Source of the DNA: Candidatus Fervidifonticultor sextus
Lineage (GTDB): Bacteria > Sysuimicrobiota > Sysuimicrobiia > Sysuimicrobiales > Humicultoraceae
Direction of reading: 5' to 3'
NCBI GenBank assembly: GCA_031459875.1
Contig: JAVKHQ010000043.1
Coordinates: forward strand, 1-18,338
Length of the DNA stretch: 18,338 nt
Made by a program: the position numbers and the translations under genes. The notes below the pieces were generated by a model. That model did not search any database and was not told the origin of the DNA. It saw nothing but the letters and a program-made list of their open reading frames with translations. How positions within the stretch are numbered: the stretch's first letter is position 1; every line of letters begins with the position of its first letter. Below, piece after piece: positions 8,998 through 18,338 of the stretch.

Positions 8998-10121
8998 ACG
9001 CGTACCCGTCGGCATCCGTGCGCGCGAGGCGCCACTGGCCCGCGTGGCTCCGCCAGGTGGACTGGGTCCTGGTGGCCGCCACCGCGCTGCTCGTCGCCTT
9101 CGGATTCATCGCCCTGGCCTCGGCCGCCCGCGGCGCGCCGGAGGCCGAGGGGCTGCTGCGCACCCGCACCCTGCACCTGGCTCTCGGTGTCGTGGCACTC
9201 GTGGTGGCGGCGTCGGTGGACTACCGGTGGCTCGGCGGGATGGCGCTCGTGATCTACCCGGCCACCCTGCTGCTGCTGCTCGCGGTCCTGGTCGGGGGCG
9301 AGGCCCGAATGGGCGCCCAGCGATGGATCACCGTCGGGCCGCTTGGCGCCTTCCAACCGTCCGAGGTGGCCAAGCTCGCGGTCGTCCTGACCCTGGCCCG
9401 GCACCTGGAGGTGGTGCGCGTCCTCCCGCGGCTGCGCTCGCTGGTCCCGTTCGTGCTCCACGTGGCCCTGCCGATGATCTTGATCGTCCGACAGCCCGAC
9501 CTGGGTACCGCGCTGGTCCTGGCGGCCATCCTCGCGGTGATGCTCTACGTGGCCGGCGCACGCCTCGCCGACCTGGCCGGCCTGGCCGCCGCGGCGGCCG
9601 CGGTCACCCCCTTCCTGTGGCCGGTCCTCCACGACTACCAGCGCCGGCGGCTGCTGGCGTTCCTGGATCCGGGCGGCGACCCGCTGGGGGCGGGCTACGC
9701 ACTCATCCAGTCGAAGATCGCCATCGGCTCGGGCCAGCTCTTCGGCAAGGGGCTGTTCGCGGGGACGCAGAACGTTCTAAAGTTTATTCCGGAGCAGCAT
9801 ACCGACTTCATCTTCACGGTCATCGGCGAGGAACTGGGGTTCTTCGGAGCCGTGGCCCTGCTCGCCCTTTACCTGGTCTGGCTGTGGCGGGCGCTGGGGA
9901 TCGCCGGTGGCGCCCGCGACCGGTACGGGGCCCTGGTCGCCTCCGGCATCGCCGGGATGATGCTGTTCCACGTAGTGGTGAACATCGGGATGACGGTCGG
10001 GCTCATGCCGATCACCGGCATTCCCCTGCCGCTGGTGAGCTACGGCGGGTCGTCGTTGCTGACCACGCTGGCCGCCACCGGGGTGCTGCTCGGCATTAGG
10101 ATGCGCCGACGCCCATCGTGA
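8994..10121 (+). CDS. rodA: Rod shape-determining protein RodA (SEDS family)
   Basis: GAQRWI, FQPSEVAK, QPDLGTA, PEQHTDFIF, PITGIPLPLVSYGGSS; GTGA overlap with mrdA. Confidence 0.97.
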   Translation: MNAYPSASVRARRHWPAWLRQVDWVLVAATALLVAFGFIALASAARGAPEAEGLLRTRTLHLALGVVALVVAASVDYRWLGGMALVIYPATLLLLLAVLVGGEARMGAQRWITVGPLGAFQPSEVAKLAVVLTLARHLEVVRVLPRLRSLVPFVLHVALPMILIVRQPDLGTALVLAAILAVMLYVAGARLADLAGLAAAAAAVTPFLWPVLHDYQRRRLLAFLDPGGDPLGAGYALIQSKIAIGSGQLFGKGLFAGTQNVLKFIPEQHTDFIFTVIGEELGFFGAVALLALYLVWLWRALGIAGGARDRYGALVASGIAGMMLFHVVVNIGMTVGLMPITGIPLPLVSYGGSSLLTTLAATGVLLGIRMRRRPS

Positions 10122-10146
10122 CACCTTCGGGATCGAGGGAGCAGAC

Positions 10147-11808
10147 ATGGCACGTGAGATCATCGCCAACATCGACGCCGCAGAGACGCGCGTGGCCGTC
10201 CTGGACGACGGCGTCCTGGTCAACCTCTTTGTCGAACGGTCGGAACCGGTGGCCGGGAACGTCTACAAGGCCCGGGTGAACAACGTCCTGCCCGGCATGG
10301 AGGCCGCCTTCGTGGACATCGGCCTGGAGCGCAACGCCTTCCTCCACGTGACCGATATCCGGTCGCAGCCCCTGGAAGGCGAGGATCTGGACGAGTGGAT
10401 CGGCAAGGGCGCCATCACCGAGCGGCTGCGCCCCGGTCAGGAGATCCTCGTCCAGGTGACCAAGGAGCCCATGGGATCCAAGGGCGCACGGGTGACCACC
10501 TATGTGGCCCTGCCGGCGCACTACCTGGTGCTCATGCCGACGGTGAACTACGTCGGGGTCAGCCGGCGCATCGGCAGCGAGGCGGAGCGCAAGCGCCTCC
10601 GCCAGATCGCCGACCGCGTGCGGCCCGAGGGGATGGGCCTGATCGTCCGGACCGCGGCCGAGGGGGCCGATGAAAGGGTCCTGGCCGACGACGTGGCGTT
10701 TCTGAAACAGATGTGGCACCGGGTCCTGGAGCGCGCGCGCGCCAACCGCGCCCCGGCCCTGGTCTACCAGGACCTGCGCCTGATCCGCCGCATCGTGCGC
10801 GACCTCTTCACCGACGAGGTGGAGCGGTTCGTGGTGGACTCGGCCGAAGAGCACGGCCGCATCGCGGACCTGCTGAGCTCCTTCGCGCCGCACCTGCGGG
10901 ACCGCCTGGTCCTGCATCGGGGGGACGAGCCGGTCTTCGACCACTACGGCATCGAGCGGGAGATCGACCGGGCGCTGCGGCGCCGCGTCTGGCTGCGCTC
11001 GGGCGGCTACATCGTGATCGACCGGACCGAGGCGCTCACGGTCATCGACGTGAACACCGGCAAGTACGTGGGCAAGACCGACCTGGCCAGCACCATCCTG
11101 CGCACCAACCTGGAGGCGGTCGGCGAGATCGTCCGTCAGATCACCCTGCGCGACATCGGCGGCATCATCCTGGTGGACTTCATCGACATGGAGAAGGACG
11201 AGCACCGCCGGCGCGTGCTCGATGCGCTGCACGAGGCGGTGCAGCGCGACCGCGCCAAACTCCACATCATTGACCTGACCAGCCTGGGCCTGGTCGAGAT
11301 CACCCGCAAGCGGGTCTACCAGGACCTGGAGGAGATCATGCGGATCCCCTGCCCCTACTGCGAGGGCCGGGGCCGGGTGCTCTCGCCCGAGACAGTGGCC
11401 ATGCGGGTGCGGCGCGAGGTGCGCCGCCTGGCCCGCGAGGCCAAGTCGCCGGCGGTGCTCGTCGAGGTCCACCCCCAGGTGGCCTCCGCCCTCTTTCGGG
11501 ACGGCGCCGGGTGGTTGCGGGCGCTGGAAGAAACCAGCGCCCGGCAGCTGCGCATCCGCGGCCGCGAGGGGCTGCACCTGGAGCGCCTCAACGTGTCGGA
11601 GGTCGAATCGATGAAAGACGCGGATCTCGCGGCATCGGCTGGCCGGCGCCTCCAGTTCTGGATGGACCGGGAGCCGGGCGAGATCCTCTCGCTGGCCGAG
11701 CCCGACCCGGCCTACGAGATGGCGCTGGCGATGGTGGAGTCCCAGCCGCCGCGCGTGGGGTGGATGGACCGCGTGAGGCGCCTGCTGCGCCGCAACGGCC
11801 CAAATTGA
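10147..11808 (+). CDS. rng: Ribonuclease G (Rne/Rng family)
   Basis: GNVYKARV...[12 protein letters not shown] (S1), [40 protein letters not shown], Zn-link CPYC; RBS GAGGGA. Confidence 0.96.
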   Translation: MAREIIANIDAAETRVAVLDDGVLVNLFVERSEPVAGNVYKARVNNVLPGMEAAFVDIGLERNAFLHVTDIRSQPLEGEDLDEWIGKGAITERLRPGQEILVQVTKEPMGSKGARVTTYVALPAHYLVLMPTVNYVGVSRRIGSEAERKRLRQIADRVRPEGMGLIVRTAAEGADERVLADDVAFLKQMWHRVLERARANRAPALVYQDLRLIRRIVRDLFTDEVERFVVDSAEEHGRIADLLSSFAPHLRDRLVLHRGDEPVFDHYGIEREIDRALRRRVWLRSGGYIVIDRTEALTVIDVNTGKYVGKTDLASTILRTNLEAVGEIVRQITLRDIGGIILVDFIDMEKDEHRRRVLDALHEAVQRDRAKLHIIDLTSLGLVEITRKRVYQDLEEIMRIPCPYCEGRGRVLSPETVAMRVRREVRRLAREAKSPAVLVEVHPQVASALFRDGAGWLRALEETSARQLRIRGREGLHLERLNVSEVESMKDADLAASAGRRLQFWMDREPGEILSLAEPDPAYEMALAMVESQPPRVGWMDRVRRLLRRNGPN

Positions 11809-11833
11809 CGCTCCCGGGGGCGCATGGTACAAT
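11805..11833 (+). promoter_or_regulatory. Sigma70-type promoter for rplU-rpmA
   Basis: TTGACG (11805-11810, overlapping the rng TGA), 17-bp spacer, TACAAT (11828-11833), with extended-10 TG at 11825-11826. Confidence 0.85.
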
Positions 11834-11859
11834 CACCCGCGGTCCGCTGGAGGTGTGGG

Positions 11860-12195
11860 GTGTACGCGATCATCGAGACCGGAGGGAAGCAACTGGCGGT
11901 CCGCGAGGGCGACCTGGTGCGTGTCGAGCGGCTGGACGCGCAGCCCGGCGAGGTCGTGACCTTCGACCGGGTGCTGCTGGTGGGGAACGGGCAGCCCGCG
12001 ATCGGCGCTCCCACGGTCCAGGGGGTCGTGGTGCAGGGCCGCGTGGTGCGGCAGGCCCGGGCGCCGAAGGTGGTCGTGATGAAGTTCAAGGCCAAGGCGC
12101 ACCAGCGCCGCAAGACCGGCCACCGGCAGGGCTTCACCGAGGTGAGGATCGAACGCATTACCGCGCCGGGCCGCGGCGCGGATCAGGAGGGCTGA
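11860..12195 (+). CDS. rplU: 50S ribosomal protein L21
   Basis: GTG 11860 after [24 protein letters not shown]...[14 protein letters not shown]. Confidence 0.98.
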   Translation: MYAIIETGGKQLAVREGDLVRVERLDAQPGEVVTFDRVLLVGNGQPAIGAPTVQGVVVQGRVVRQARAPKVVVMKFKAKAHQRRKTGHRQGFTEVRIERITAPGRGADQEG

Positions 12196-12197
12196 CT

Positions 12198-12458
12198 GTG
12201 GCATCGAAGAAGGGCGTCGGCAGCAGCCGCAACGGCCGCGATTCGCACAGCAAGCGGCTGGGCGTCAAGGTGTTCGCCGGCGAGGCCGTCCGGGCGGGCT
12301 CGATTTTGATCCGCCAGCGCGGGACCAAGGTGCGCCCCGGCCGCAACGTCGGGTGCGGCCGCGACCACACGCTGTTCGCGCTGATCGACGGCGTCGTGGC
12401 CTTCGAACGACTCGGGCGGGATGGCCGGCAGGTGAGCGTCTATCCGCTCCCGGCCTAG
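12198..12458 (+). CDS. rpmA: 50S ribosomal protein L27
   Basis: 3' part of track ORF 11511..12458. GTG 12198 after [30 protein letters not shown]...RQRGTK...GRDHTLFAL (86 aa). Confidence 0.98.
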   Translation: MASKKGVGSSRNGRDSHSKRLGVKVFAGEAVRAGSILIRQRGTKVRPGRNVGCGRDHTLFALIDGVVAFERLGRDGRQVSVYPLPA

Positions 12459-13574
<1,116 letters not shown>

Positions 13575-13623
13575 GGCCGGGACGCACCGGGCACAGCAGT
13601 CGAGGAGGAGTTCTGCGGCCGGC

Positions 13624-14262
13624 GTGAGCAGGCTCGGCATCATGGGCGGGACCTTTGACCCGATCCACTACGGGCACTTGGTCACCGCCGAAGAGGCCAG
13701 GGCGCAGTTCGGCCTCGACCGCGTGCTCTTCGTCCCCAACCGCCATCCGCCCCACAAAGATCCCGCCGACGTCACCGAGCCCGAACACCGCTACCTGATG
13801 ACCTTCCTGGCGACGGTCTCGAACCCGGCCTTCTCCGTCTCGCGGATCGAGATCGACCGGCCCGGCGCCTCGTACACCATCGACACGATCCGTGACGTGG
13901 CGCGGCAGTACCCCGAGGCGGTGCTCTACTACATCACGGGCGCGGATGCCATCCTGCAGATCCTGCGCGGCGAGTGGGAGCAGTCTGCAGAACTGCTGCG
14001 CCTCTGCCAGTTCATCGCGGCGACCCGTCCCGGCTTCGCCCTCGACGTGGACACGCTGCGGCGGAACAACGTGACCGGGCGTACCCTGGAGAACGTGCAC
14101 GTCATGATGATCCCGGCGCTGGCGGTCTCGTCCACCGACATCCGCGCGCGGGTCCAGAGCGGACGCCCCATCAAGTACCTGGTGCCCGAGGCCGTCGAGG
14201 CGTACATCCATAAGCACGGGCTCTACCGCCGGGTGCCGGCGCCCGAGGCCGCGGGTGGATAG
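13624..14262 (+). CDS. nadD: Nicotinate-nucleotide adenylyltransferase
   Basis: GIMGGTFDPIHYGH, PPHK, YTIDT, ITGAD, SSTDIR. Start GTG 13624, downstream of GAGGAGGAG. Confidence 0.97.
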   Translation: MSRLGIMGGTFDPIHYGHLVTAEEARAQFGLDRVLFVPNRHPPHKDPADVTEPEHRYLMTFLATVSNPAFSVSRIEIDRPGASYTIDTIRDVARQYPEAVLYYITGADAILQILRGEWEQSAELLRLCQFIAATRPGFALDVDTLRRNNVTGRTLENVHVMMIPALAVSSTDIRARVQSGRPIKYLVPEAVEAYIHKHGLYRRVPAPEAAGG

Positions 14263-14626
14263 CCGCGCGGCGCGGCCGTCCGCCCGGCAGCCGGCCTCGC
14301 TGGCCAGGGCCCTGCTGGCCGCCGAGGTCGCGGAGGCCAAGCGCGCCGAGGATGTGGTGGTGCTGGACCTCCGCGCCCTGACCCTGGTGACCGACTACTT
14401 CGTCATCTGCACCGGGGGAAGCCGCGTCCAGATCCGCGCCATCGCCGACGCCATCGCTGAGGCCCTGGACGCGCAGCACATGCGCGGGGTGCGCGAGGGA
14501 GACGAGTCGGCCCAGTGGGTGCTGCTGGACTACGGGGACGCGGTCGTGCACATCTTCGGTCCGGAGGCGCGCGCCTTCTACCGGCTGGAGCGCCTGTGGG
14601 CCGACGCGCCCGTCGTCAAGCGGTAG
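14255..14626 (+). CDS. rsfS: Ribosomal silencing factor RsfS
   Basis: KRAEDVVVLDL, TDYFVICTG, WVLLDYGDAVVHIF, RAFYRLERLW. Confidence 0.96.
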   Translation: MDSRAARPSARQPASLARALLAAEVAEAKRAEDVVVLDLRALTLVTDYFVICTGGSRVQIRAIADAIAEALDAQHMRGVREGDESAQWVLLDYGDAVVHIFGPEARAFYRLERLWADAPVVKR

Positions 14627-14641
14627 GGCCGTGCACGTCTT

Positions 14642-15292
14642 GTGGCCCTGTTCCAGCGCGGCGGGCAGGCCGCACTCCTGCTCCGGTGTGCGGAGACCGG
14701 TGCGTTCGGCCTGGTGCTGGCCTGTTACCTGCACGCGGCCCTGGCGAACGCGCTGCTGGTGTACCGGTACCGCGGTCCCCGGCGTCCGCCGGTCCGGCCG
14801 CCGGAGGGGTACGAGGTGCGGCGTGCGACGCCGGCCGATGCCCGCGCGCCGGGGCGGCTGGTCCGCGAGGTCATCCCTGACCGCGGCCGGGCCGAGGAGG
14901 TCGAACGCGTGCTGGCCGCCAGGGACGGCCGCGGGTTCCTGGCCCTCCGGGAGGCGTTCCCCGTGGGATTCGCCGCGGTTGACGTACGTGCCGGAGGAGG
15001 CGCCTGGACCGTCGGCGTGCGGGAGGGCCATCGGCGCCGGGGGATCGGCAGGGCCCTGGCGGCGTCGGTCCTCGGTGTGCTGCACGCGAGGGAGCCGGCG
15101 CCATTCGCGACGGCCTGGGGGCTCGACCCGATCACCGGGCCGTTCCTCCGCGCGCTGGGCTTCGGTGTGGAACGGACGTACCTGATATCTGGAACGGCCG
15201 CTCTAGGCCACAGCCTCCTCGTCGCACGATCGTCCAGCAGGGACCGCCGCCGCAGGAGGCGAAGGCCGAACCGTGATGGAGAGGGTACGTGA
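14642..15292 (+). CDS. GNAT family N-acetyltransferase, probably frameshifted near 15185 (intended stop 15206)
   Basis: YEVRRATPAD, PVGFA, acetyl-CoA motif A VGVREGHRRRGIGRAL, FLRALGF. Start uncertain (no clear RBS). The tail after 15185 looks out of frame. Confidence 0.75.
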   Translation: MALFQRGGQAALLLRCAETGAFGLVLACYLHAALANALLVYRYRGPRRPPVRPPEGYEVRRATPADARAPGRLVREVIPDRGRAEEVERVLAARDGRGFLALREAFPVGFAAVDVRAGGGAWTVGVREGHRRRGIGRALAASVLGVLHAREPAPFATAWGLDPITGPFLRALGFGVERTYLISGTAALGHSLLVARSSSRDRRRRRRRPNRDGEGT

Positions 15293-15686
15293 TGCCTCCA
15301 CGTGTTTTGTGTGCGGTCCATCCAACCCGATCGGACTGCACGTGCGGTTCTCCCGGGACGCCGGCCGGATCGTGGCCGAGTTCACCCCGACCGACCTGCA
15401 CGTGGGCTTTGCGGGCATGGTCCACGGGGGGATCCTGGCCGCCGTCCTCGACGACGCCCTGGCGGCGATCGGGTACATCCAGGGCGAGCCGACCGTGACC
15501 GCGCGGCTGGCCGTCCGCTTCCGCCGGCCGGCATCGCCGGGCATCCCCCTGCGCGTGGAGGCCGAAGAGACCGGACGGCGGGGGGCCCTGCGGCTCGGCC
15601 GCGCGACCCTCAAGGCTCCCGATGGGACCGTGGTGGCCGAAGCCGAAGGGACCCTGTCGGCGCTCGGGCGCGACGCCACACCGTGA
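15273..15686 (+). CDS. PaaI-like hotdog-fold thioesterase
   Basis: CFVCGPSNPIGL, GFAGMVHGGILAAVLDD, TARLAVRFRRP, VAEAEG; start GTG 15273 or ATG 15276. Confidence 0.9.
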   Translation: MMERVRDASTCFVCGPSNPIGLHVRFSRDAGRIVAEFTPTDLHVGFAGMVHGGILAAVLDDALAAIGYIQGEPTVTARLAVRFRRPASPGIPLRVEAEETGRRGALRLGRATLKAPDGTVVAEAEGTLSALGRDATP

Positions 15687-15955
15687 CGACATTCTCCCTG
15701 ATCAGGCTGATCCTCGCCATCACATTCGCCGGGGCGGTGGCCATCACGGTGCTGCAGCATGTTAACTACGCCACCGGCCGCCGCCCGCGGGAGTTCTTCG
15801 CGTTTCTGGAGACCTCGGGCTGGCTGGTGCTCTCGCTGGCGTCGGGCATCGCGCTGTTCCGCCTGGCGCCCTGGTTGCTCTCGGCCAGCACGGCGGTGGT
15901 CGGCGTGCTGTTCGTCCTCGTGGGTGCGTTGCTGAGGGCTCCCGACCATGCCTGA
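15683..15955 (+). CDS. Small hypothetical membrane protein (90 aa, about 3 TM segments)
   Basis: 3' part of track ORF 15302..15955. GTG 15683 overlaps the thioesterase stop (GTGA) and its own stop overlaps the smpB start. Sequence MTTFSLIRLILAITFAGAVAITVL...GWLVLSLASGIALF...AVVGVLFVLVGALLR exactly fills the gap. Confidence 0.75.
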   Translation: MTTFSLIRLILAITFAGAVAITVLQHVNYATGRRPREFFAFLETSGWLVLSLASGIALFRLAPWLLSASTAVVGVLFVLVGALLRAPDHA

Positions 15956-16436
15956 CGACGAACGGGACGAGCAGCTGGTCGCCACCAACCGGCGGGCCCG
16001 GCACGAGTACCACATCGAGGAATCGCTGGAGGCCGGATTGGTGCTGACCGGCACCGAGGTGAAGTCGCTGCGGGCCGGCCGGGCCTCGCTGGCCGAAGCG
16101 TTCGCGCGCATCCAGGGCAACGAGATCTGGCTGCACCACCTCCACATCCCGCCGTATGAGGCCGGCAACATCTTCAATCACGATCCCATGCGGCCGCGCA
16201 AGTTGCTCCTGCACCGCCGGCAGATCCAGCGTCTGGCCGGCCGGGCGTTCCAGAAAGGCTACACCCTCGTGCCGCTGCGCCTGTACTTCCGCCGGGGCCG
16301 TGCCAAGGTGGAACTGGCCGTGGCGCGGGGCAAGAAACTCTACGACAAGCGCGAAGCCATCGGCGAGCGCGAGGCCGCGCGACAAGCCCGGCGCGCCGTC
16401 AAGCGGACGGCCGGCGCAACGAGGGCGGAGGCATGA
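15948..16436 (+). CDS. smpB: SsrA-binding protein SmpB
   Basis: [49 protein letters not shown]. Confidence 0.98.
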   Translation: MPDDERDEQLVATNRRARHEYHIEESLEAGLVLTGTEVKSLRAGRASLAEAFARIQGNEIWLHHLHIPPYEAGNIFNHDPMRPRKLLLHRRQIQRLAGRAFQKGYTLVPLRLYFRRGRAKVELAVARGKKLYDKREAIGEREAARQARRAVKRTAGATRAEA

Positions 16437-16927
16437 CGGAGGCTGCGCCCACCCAGGTCGGCATCATCATGGGCAGCGCGTCGGACCGGCCGGTGATGGA
16501 CGCCGCGGCCGAGGTGCTCACCGAGTTGGGAATCCCCTACGAGGTCCGGATCGTCTCCGCCCACCGCACGCCCGACTGGATGTTCGAGTACGCGGCCGGA
16601 GCCGAGGGGCGCGGCATCAAGGTCATCATCGCCGGCGCCGGCGGCGCCGCCCACCTGCCGGGGATGACGGCGGCGAAGACGGTGCTGCCGGTCATCGGGG
16701 TCCCGGTTCCCGGCGAGCACCTGGGGGGCCTGGACTCCCTGCTCTCCATCGTGCAGATGCCCGGGGGGGTGCCGGTTGCCGCCGTGGCCATCGGGCGGGC
16801 CGGCGCGGTCAACGCGGCGCTGCTGGCCGCGCGCATCCTCGCCGTGGGGGACGAGGCGCTCCGCGAGCGCCTCCGGCAGCGCCAGCAGGCCCAGGCCCAG
16901 GCGGTCCGCGAGGCGGATCGGGGATAG
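16433..16927 (+). CDS. purE: N5-CAIR mutase
   Basis: [43 protein letters not shown]. Confidence 0.98.
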   Translation: MTEAAPTQVGIIMGSASDRPVMDAAAEVLTELGIPYEVRIVSAHRTPDWMFEYAAGAEGRGIKVIIAGAGGAAHLPGMTAAKTVLPVIGVPVPGEHLGGLDSLLSIVQMPGGVPVAAVAIGRAGAVNAALLAARILAVGDEALRERLRQRQQAQAQAVREADRG

Positions 16928-16930
16928 GGG

Positions 16931-18118
16931 ATGGTCCCACCGACCCCCGTGCCTCCCGGCGCGACCATCGGGATCGTCGGCGGCGGACAGCTCGGCCGGA
17001 TGCTGGCGCTGGACGCCCGGCGGATGGGCTACCGGGTCGTCGTGCTCGACCCCTCCTCCGATCCCCCCGCCGCTGCGGTCGCCGACGAGCACGTCCGGGC
17101 GCCGTTCGATGATCCGCAGGCCGCCGCCGACCTGGCCGGCCGCTGCGATGTCGTGACCTTCGAGGTCGAGCACGTCTCGCTGGACGCCGCACGGGCCGCG
17201 GCGCGCGCCCGTCCGACCAGACCCTCGGTGGATGTCCTGGCTTCCTGCCAGGACCGCATCCGCGAGAAGAGGTTTCTGCGGAATCATGGATTTCCGACGG
17301 CGCCGTGGCGTGCGGCCGGATCCGTCGGGGAAGTGGAGGAGGCAATTACGGCCCTGGGCCTGCCGTGCGTGGTGAAGATCCCCTTCTTCGGCTACGACGG
17401 TCGCGGCCAGGTGCGGGTGGCGGCTCCCGACGACGTGGCGGCCGCCTGCGCGCTGGGCTTCGACCGCGGGCCACTTGTCGTCGAGCGATATGTCCCCTTC
17501 TCCACCGAAGTGGCCGTCGTGGTGGCGCGCGGGCTGGACGGATCCGTGCGGTCCTACCCGGTGGCACGCACCCTGCACGACGAGGGCATCCTGGTGGAGG
17601 TGTCGGTGCCGGCTCCGCTGCCCGCGCCCGTCGCCGCGCGGGCGACGGCCCTCGCCGAGTCGGTCGCCGCCGCGCTGGATGCCGTCGGCGTGCTGGCCGT
17701 GGAGATGTTCGTCCTGGAGCGCGGCGAGATCCTGATCAACGAGCTGGCGCCGCGGCCCCACAACGCCGGGCACTACACGATCAGCGCGTGCGCGACCTCG
17801 CAGTTCGAGCAGCACCTGCGGGCGATCTGCGGGCTCCCGCTGGGCGCCGCCACGCTGCACACTCCGGCGGCCATGGTGAACCTCCTGGGGGAGCGGGCGG
17901 GGCCGGTCCGCCTGGCGGGCGCGGAAGCGGCGCTGGCCGAGCCCGGAGTGTTCTTGCACCTCTACGGGAAGGCGGAGTCCTGGCCCAGGCGGAAGCTCGG
18001 GCACCTGACCGCCCTTGGGGCCACGGCGGACCAGGCGCTCGCGGCGGCCCGGCGGGCCGCCGCGGCGCTGCGCTGGGACCCCCTGCCCGCCCATGCCGGC
18101 ACGCGTCCTCCGGGTTGA
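16931..18118 (+). CDS. purK: N5-CAIR synthetase (ATP-grasp)
   Basis: GIVGGGQLGRM, VTFEVEHV, GYDGRGQ, INELAPRPHNAGH, SQFEQHLRAI, HLYGK, RKLGH. Confidence 0.97.
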   Translation: MVPPTPVPPGATIGIVGGGQLGRMLALDARRMGYRVVVLDPSSDPPAAAVADEHVRAPFDDPQAAADLAGRCDVVTFEVEHVSLDAARAAARARPTRPSVDVLASCQDRIREKRFLRNHGFPTAPWRAAGSVGEVEEAITALGLPCVVKIPFFGYDGRGQVRVAAPDDVAAACALGFDRGPLVVERYVPFSTEVAVVVARGLDGSVRSYPVARTLHDEGILVEVSVPAPLPAPVAARATALAESVAAALDAVGVLAVEMFVLERGEILINELAPRPHNAGHYTISACATSQFEQHLRAICGLPLGAATLHTPAAMVNLLGERAGPVRLAGAEAALAEPGVFLHLYGKAESWPRRKLGHLTALGATADQALAAARRAAAALRWDPLPAHAGTRPPG

Positions 18119-18338
18119 CCCCGCCGCCCCGGAGCACGGCGTCATCGAGGGGGCGGCCGCCATCCTGGCCTCCGGAGGGCTGGTGGCCTTCCCGACTGAA
18201 ACGGTGTACGGGCTGGGCGCCGATGCCTTCAACGCGCGCGCGGTCGGGCGCCTCTTCGAAGTCAAGGGCCGGCCCGCCGACAATCCGATCATCGTGCACA
18301 TCGCCGACGGGGTGGCGCTGGCGGATCTTGTCACCGAC
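18093..18338 (+). CDS. sua5: L-threonylcarbamoyladenylate synthase Sua5/TsaC (3' end runs off the window)
   Basis: Absent from the ORF track; translated by hand from ATG 18093: MPARVLRVDP...GGLVAFPTETVYGLGADA...VKGRPADNPIIVHI. Overlaps purK by 26 nt. Confidence 0.93.
   Translation, partial: MPARVLRVDPAAPEHGVIEGAAAILASGGLVAFPTETVYGLGADAFNARAVGRLFEVKGRPADNPIIVHIADGVALADLVTD

Noticed and set aside
11834..11859. L21 leader RNA
   Set aside because: The promoter position leaves only about 20 nt of 5' UTR, too short for such a structure.
11511..12197. Long N-terminal extension of L27 implied by the ORF track
   Set aside because: It overlaps rng and rplU in another frame; a strong SD precedes GTG 12198.

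Overview
GC-rich bacterial chromosomal window in two parts. Bases 1-3290 are an accessory patch: a partial minus-strand rmuC-like gene that the ORF track misses, a divergent coiled-coil/PD-(D/E)XK-like gene with heptad-unit repeats, a minus-strand MNT-HEPN pair, and a ~480 bp intergenic region holding a perfect 26-bp palindrome. Bases 3290-18338 are one co-directional, tightly overlapping plus-strand housekeeping run: maf-radC-mreB-mreC-mreD-mrdA-rodA-rng-rplU-rpmA-obg-nadD-rsfS, then GNAT, hotdog thioesterase and a small membrane protein, then smpB-purE-purK-sua5 (partial). Two clear sigma70-type promoters lie before maf and before rplU. Gene order is Terrabacteria-like, but L27 has no N-terminal extension and there is no prp gene, which argues against typical Firmicutes. 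An Armatimonadota-like lineage is my guess only. The best candidates for something new are the nuclease-fold/HEPN-MNT islet, a possible membrane-targeting helix on RNase G, and the GNAT-thioesterase-membrane protein trio, whose GNAT appears frameshifted. I found no rRNA, tRNA, tmRNA, CRISPR array or transposase. All family assignments come from motif recognition by eye, not database searches.
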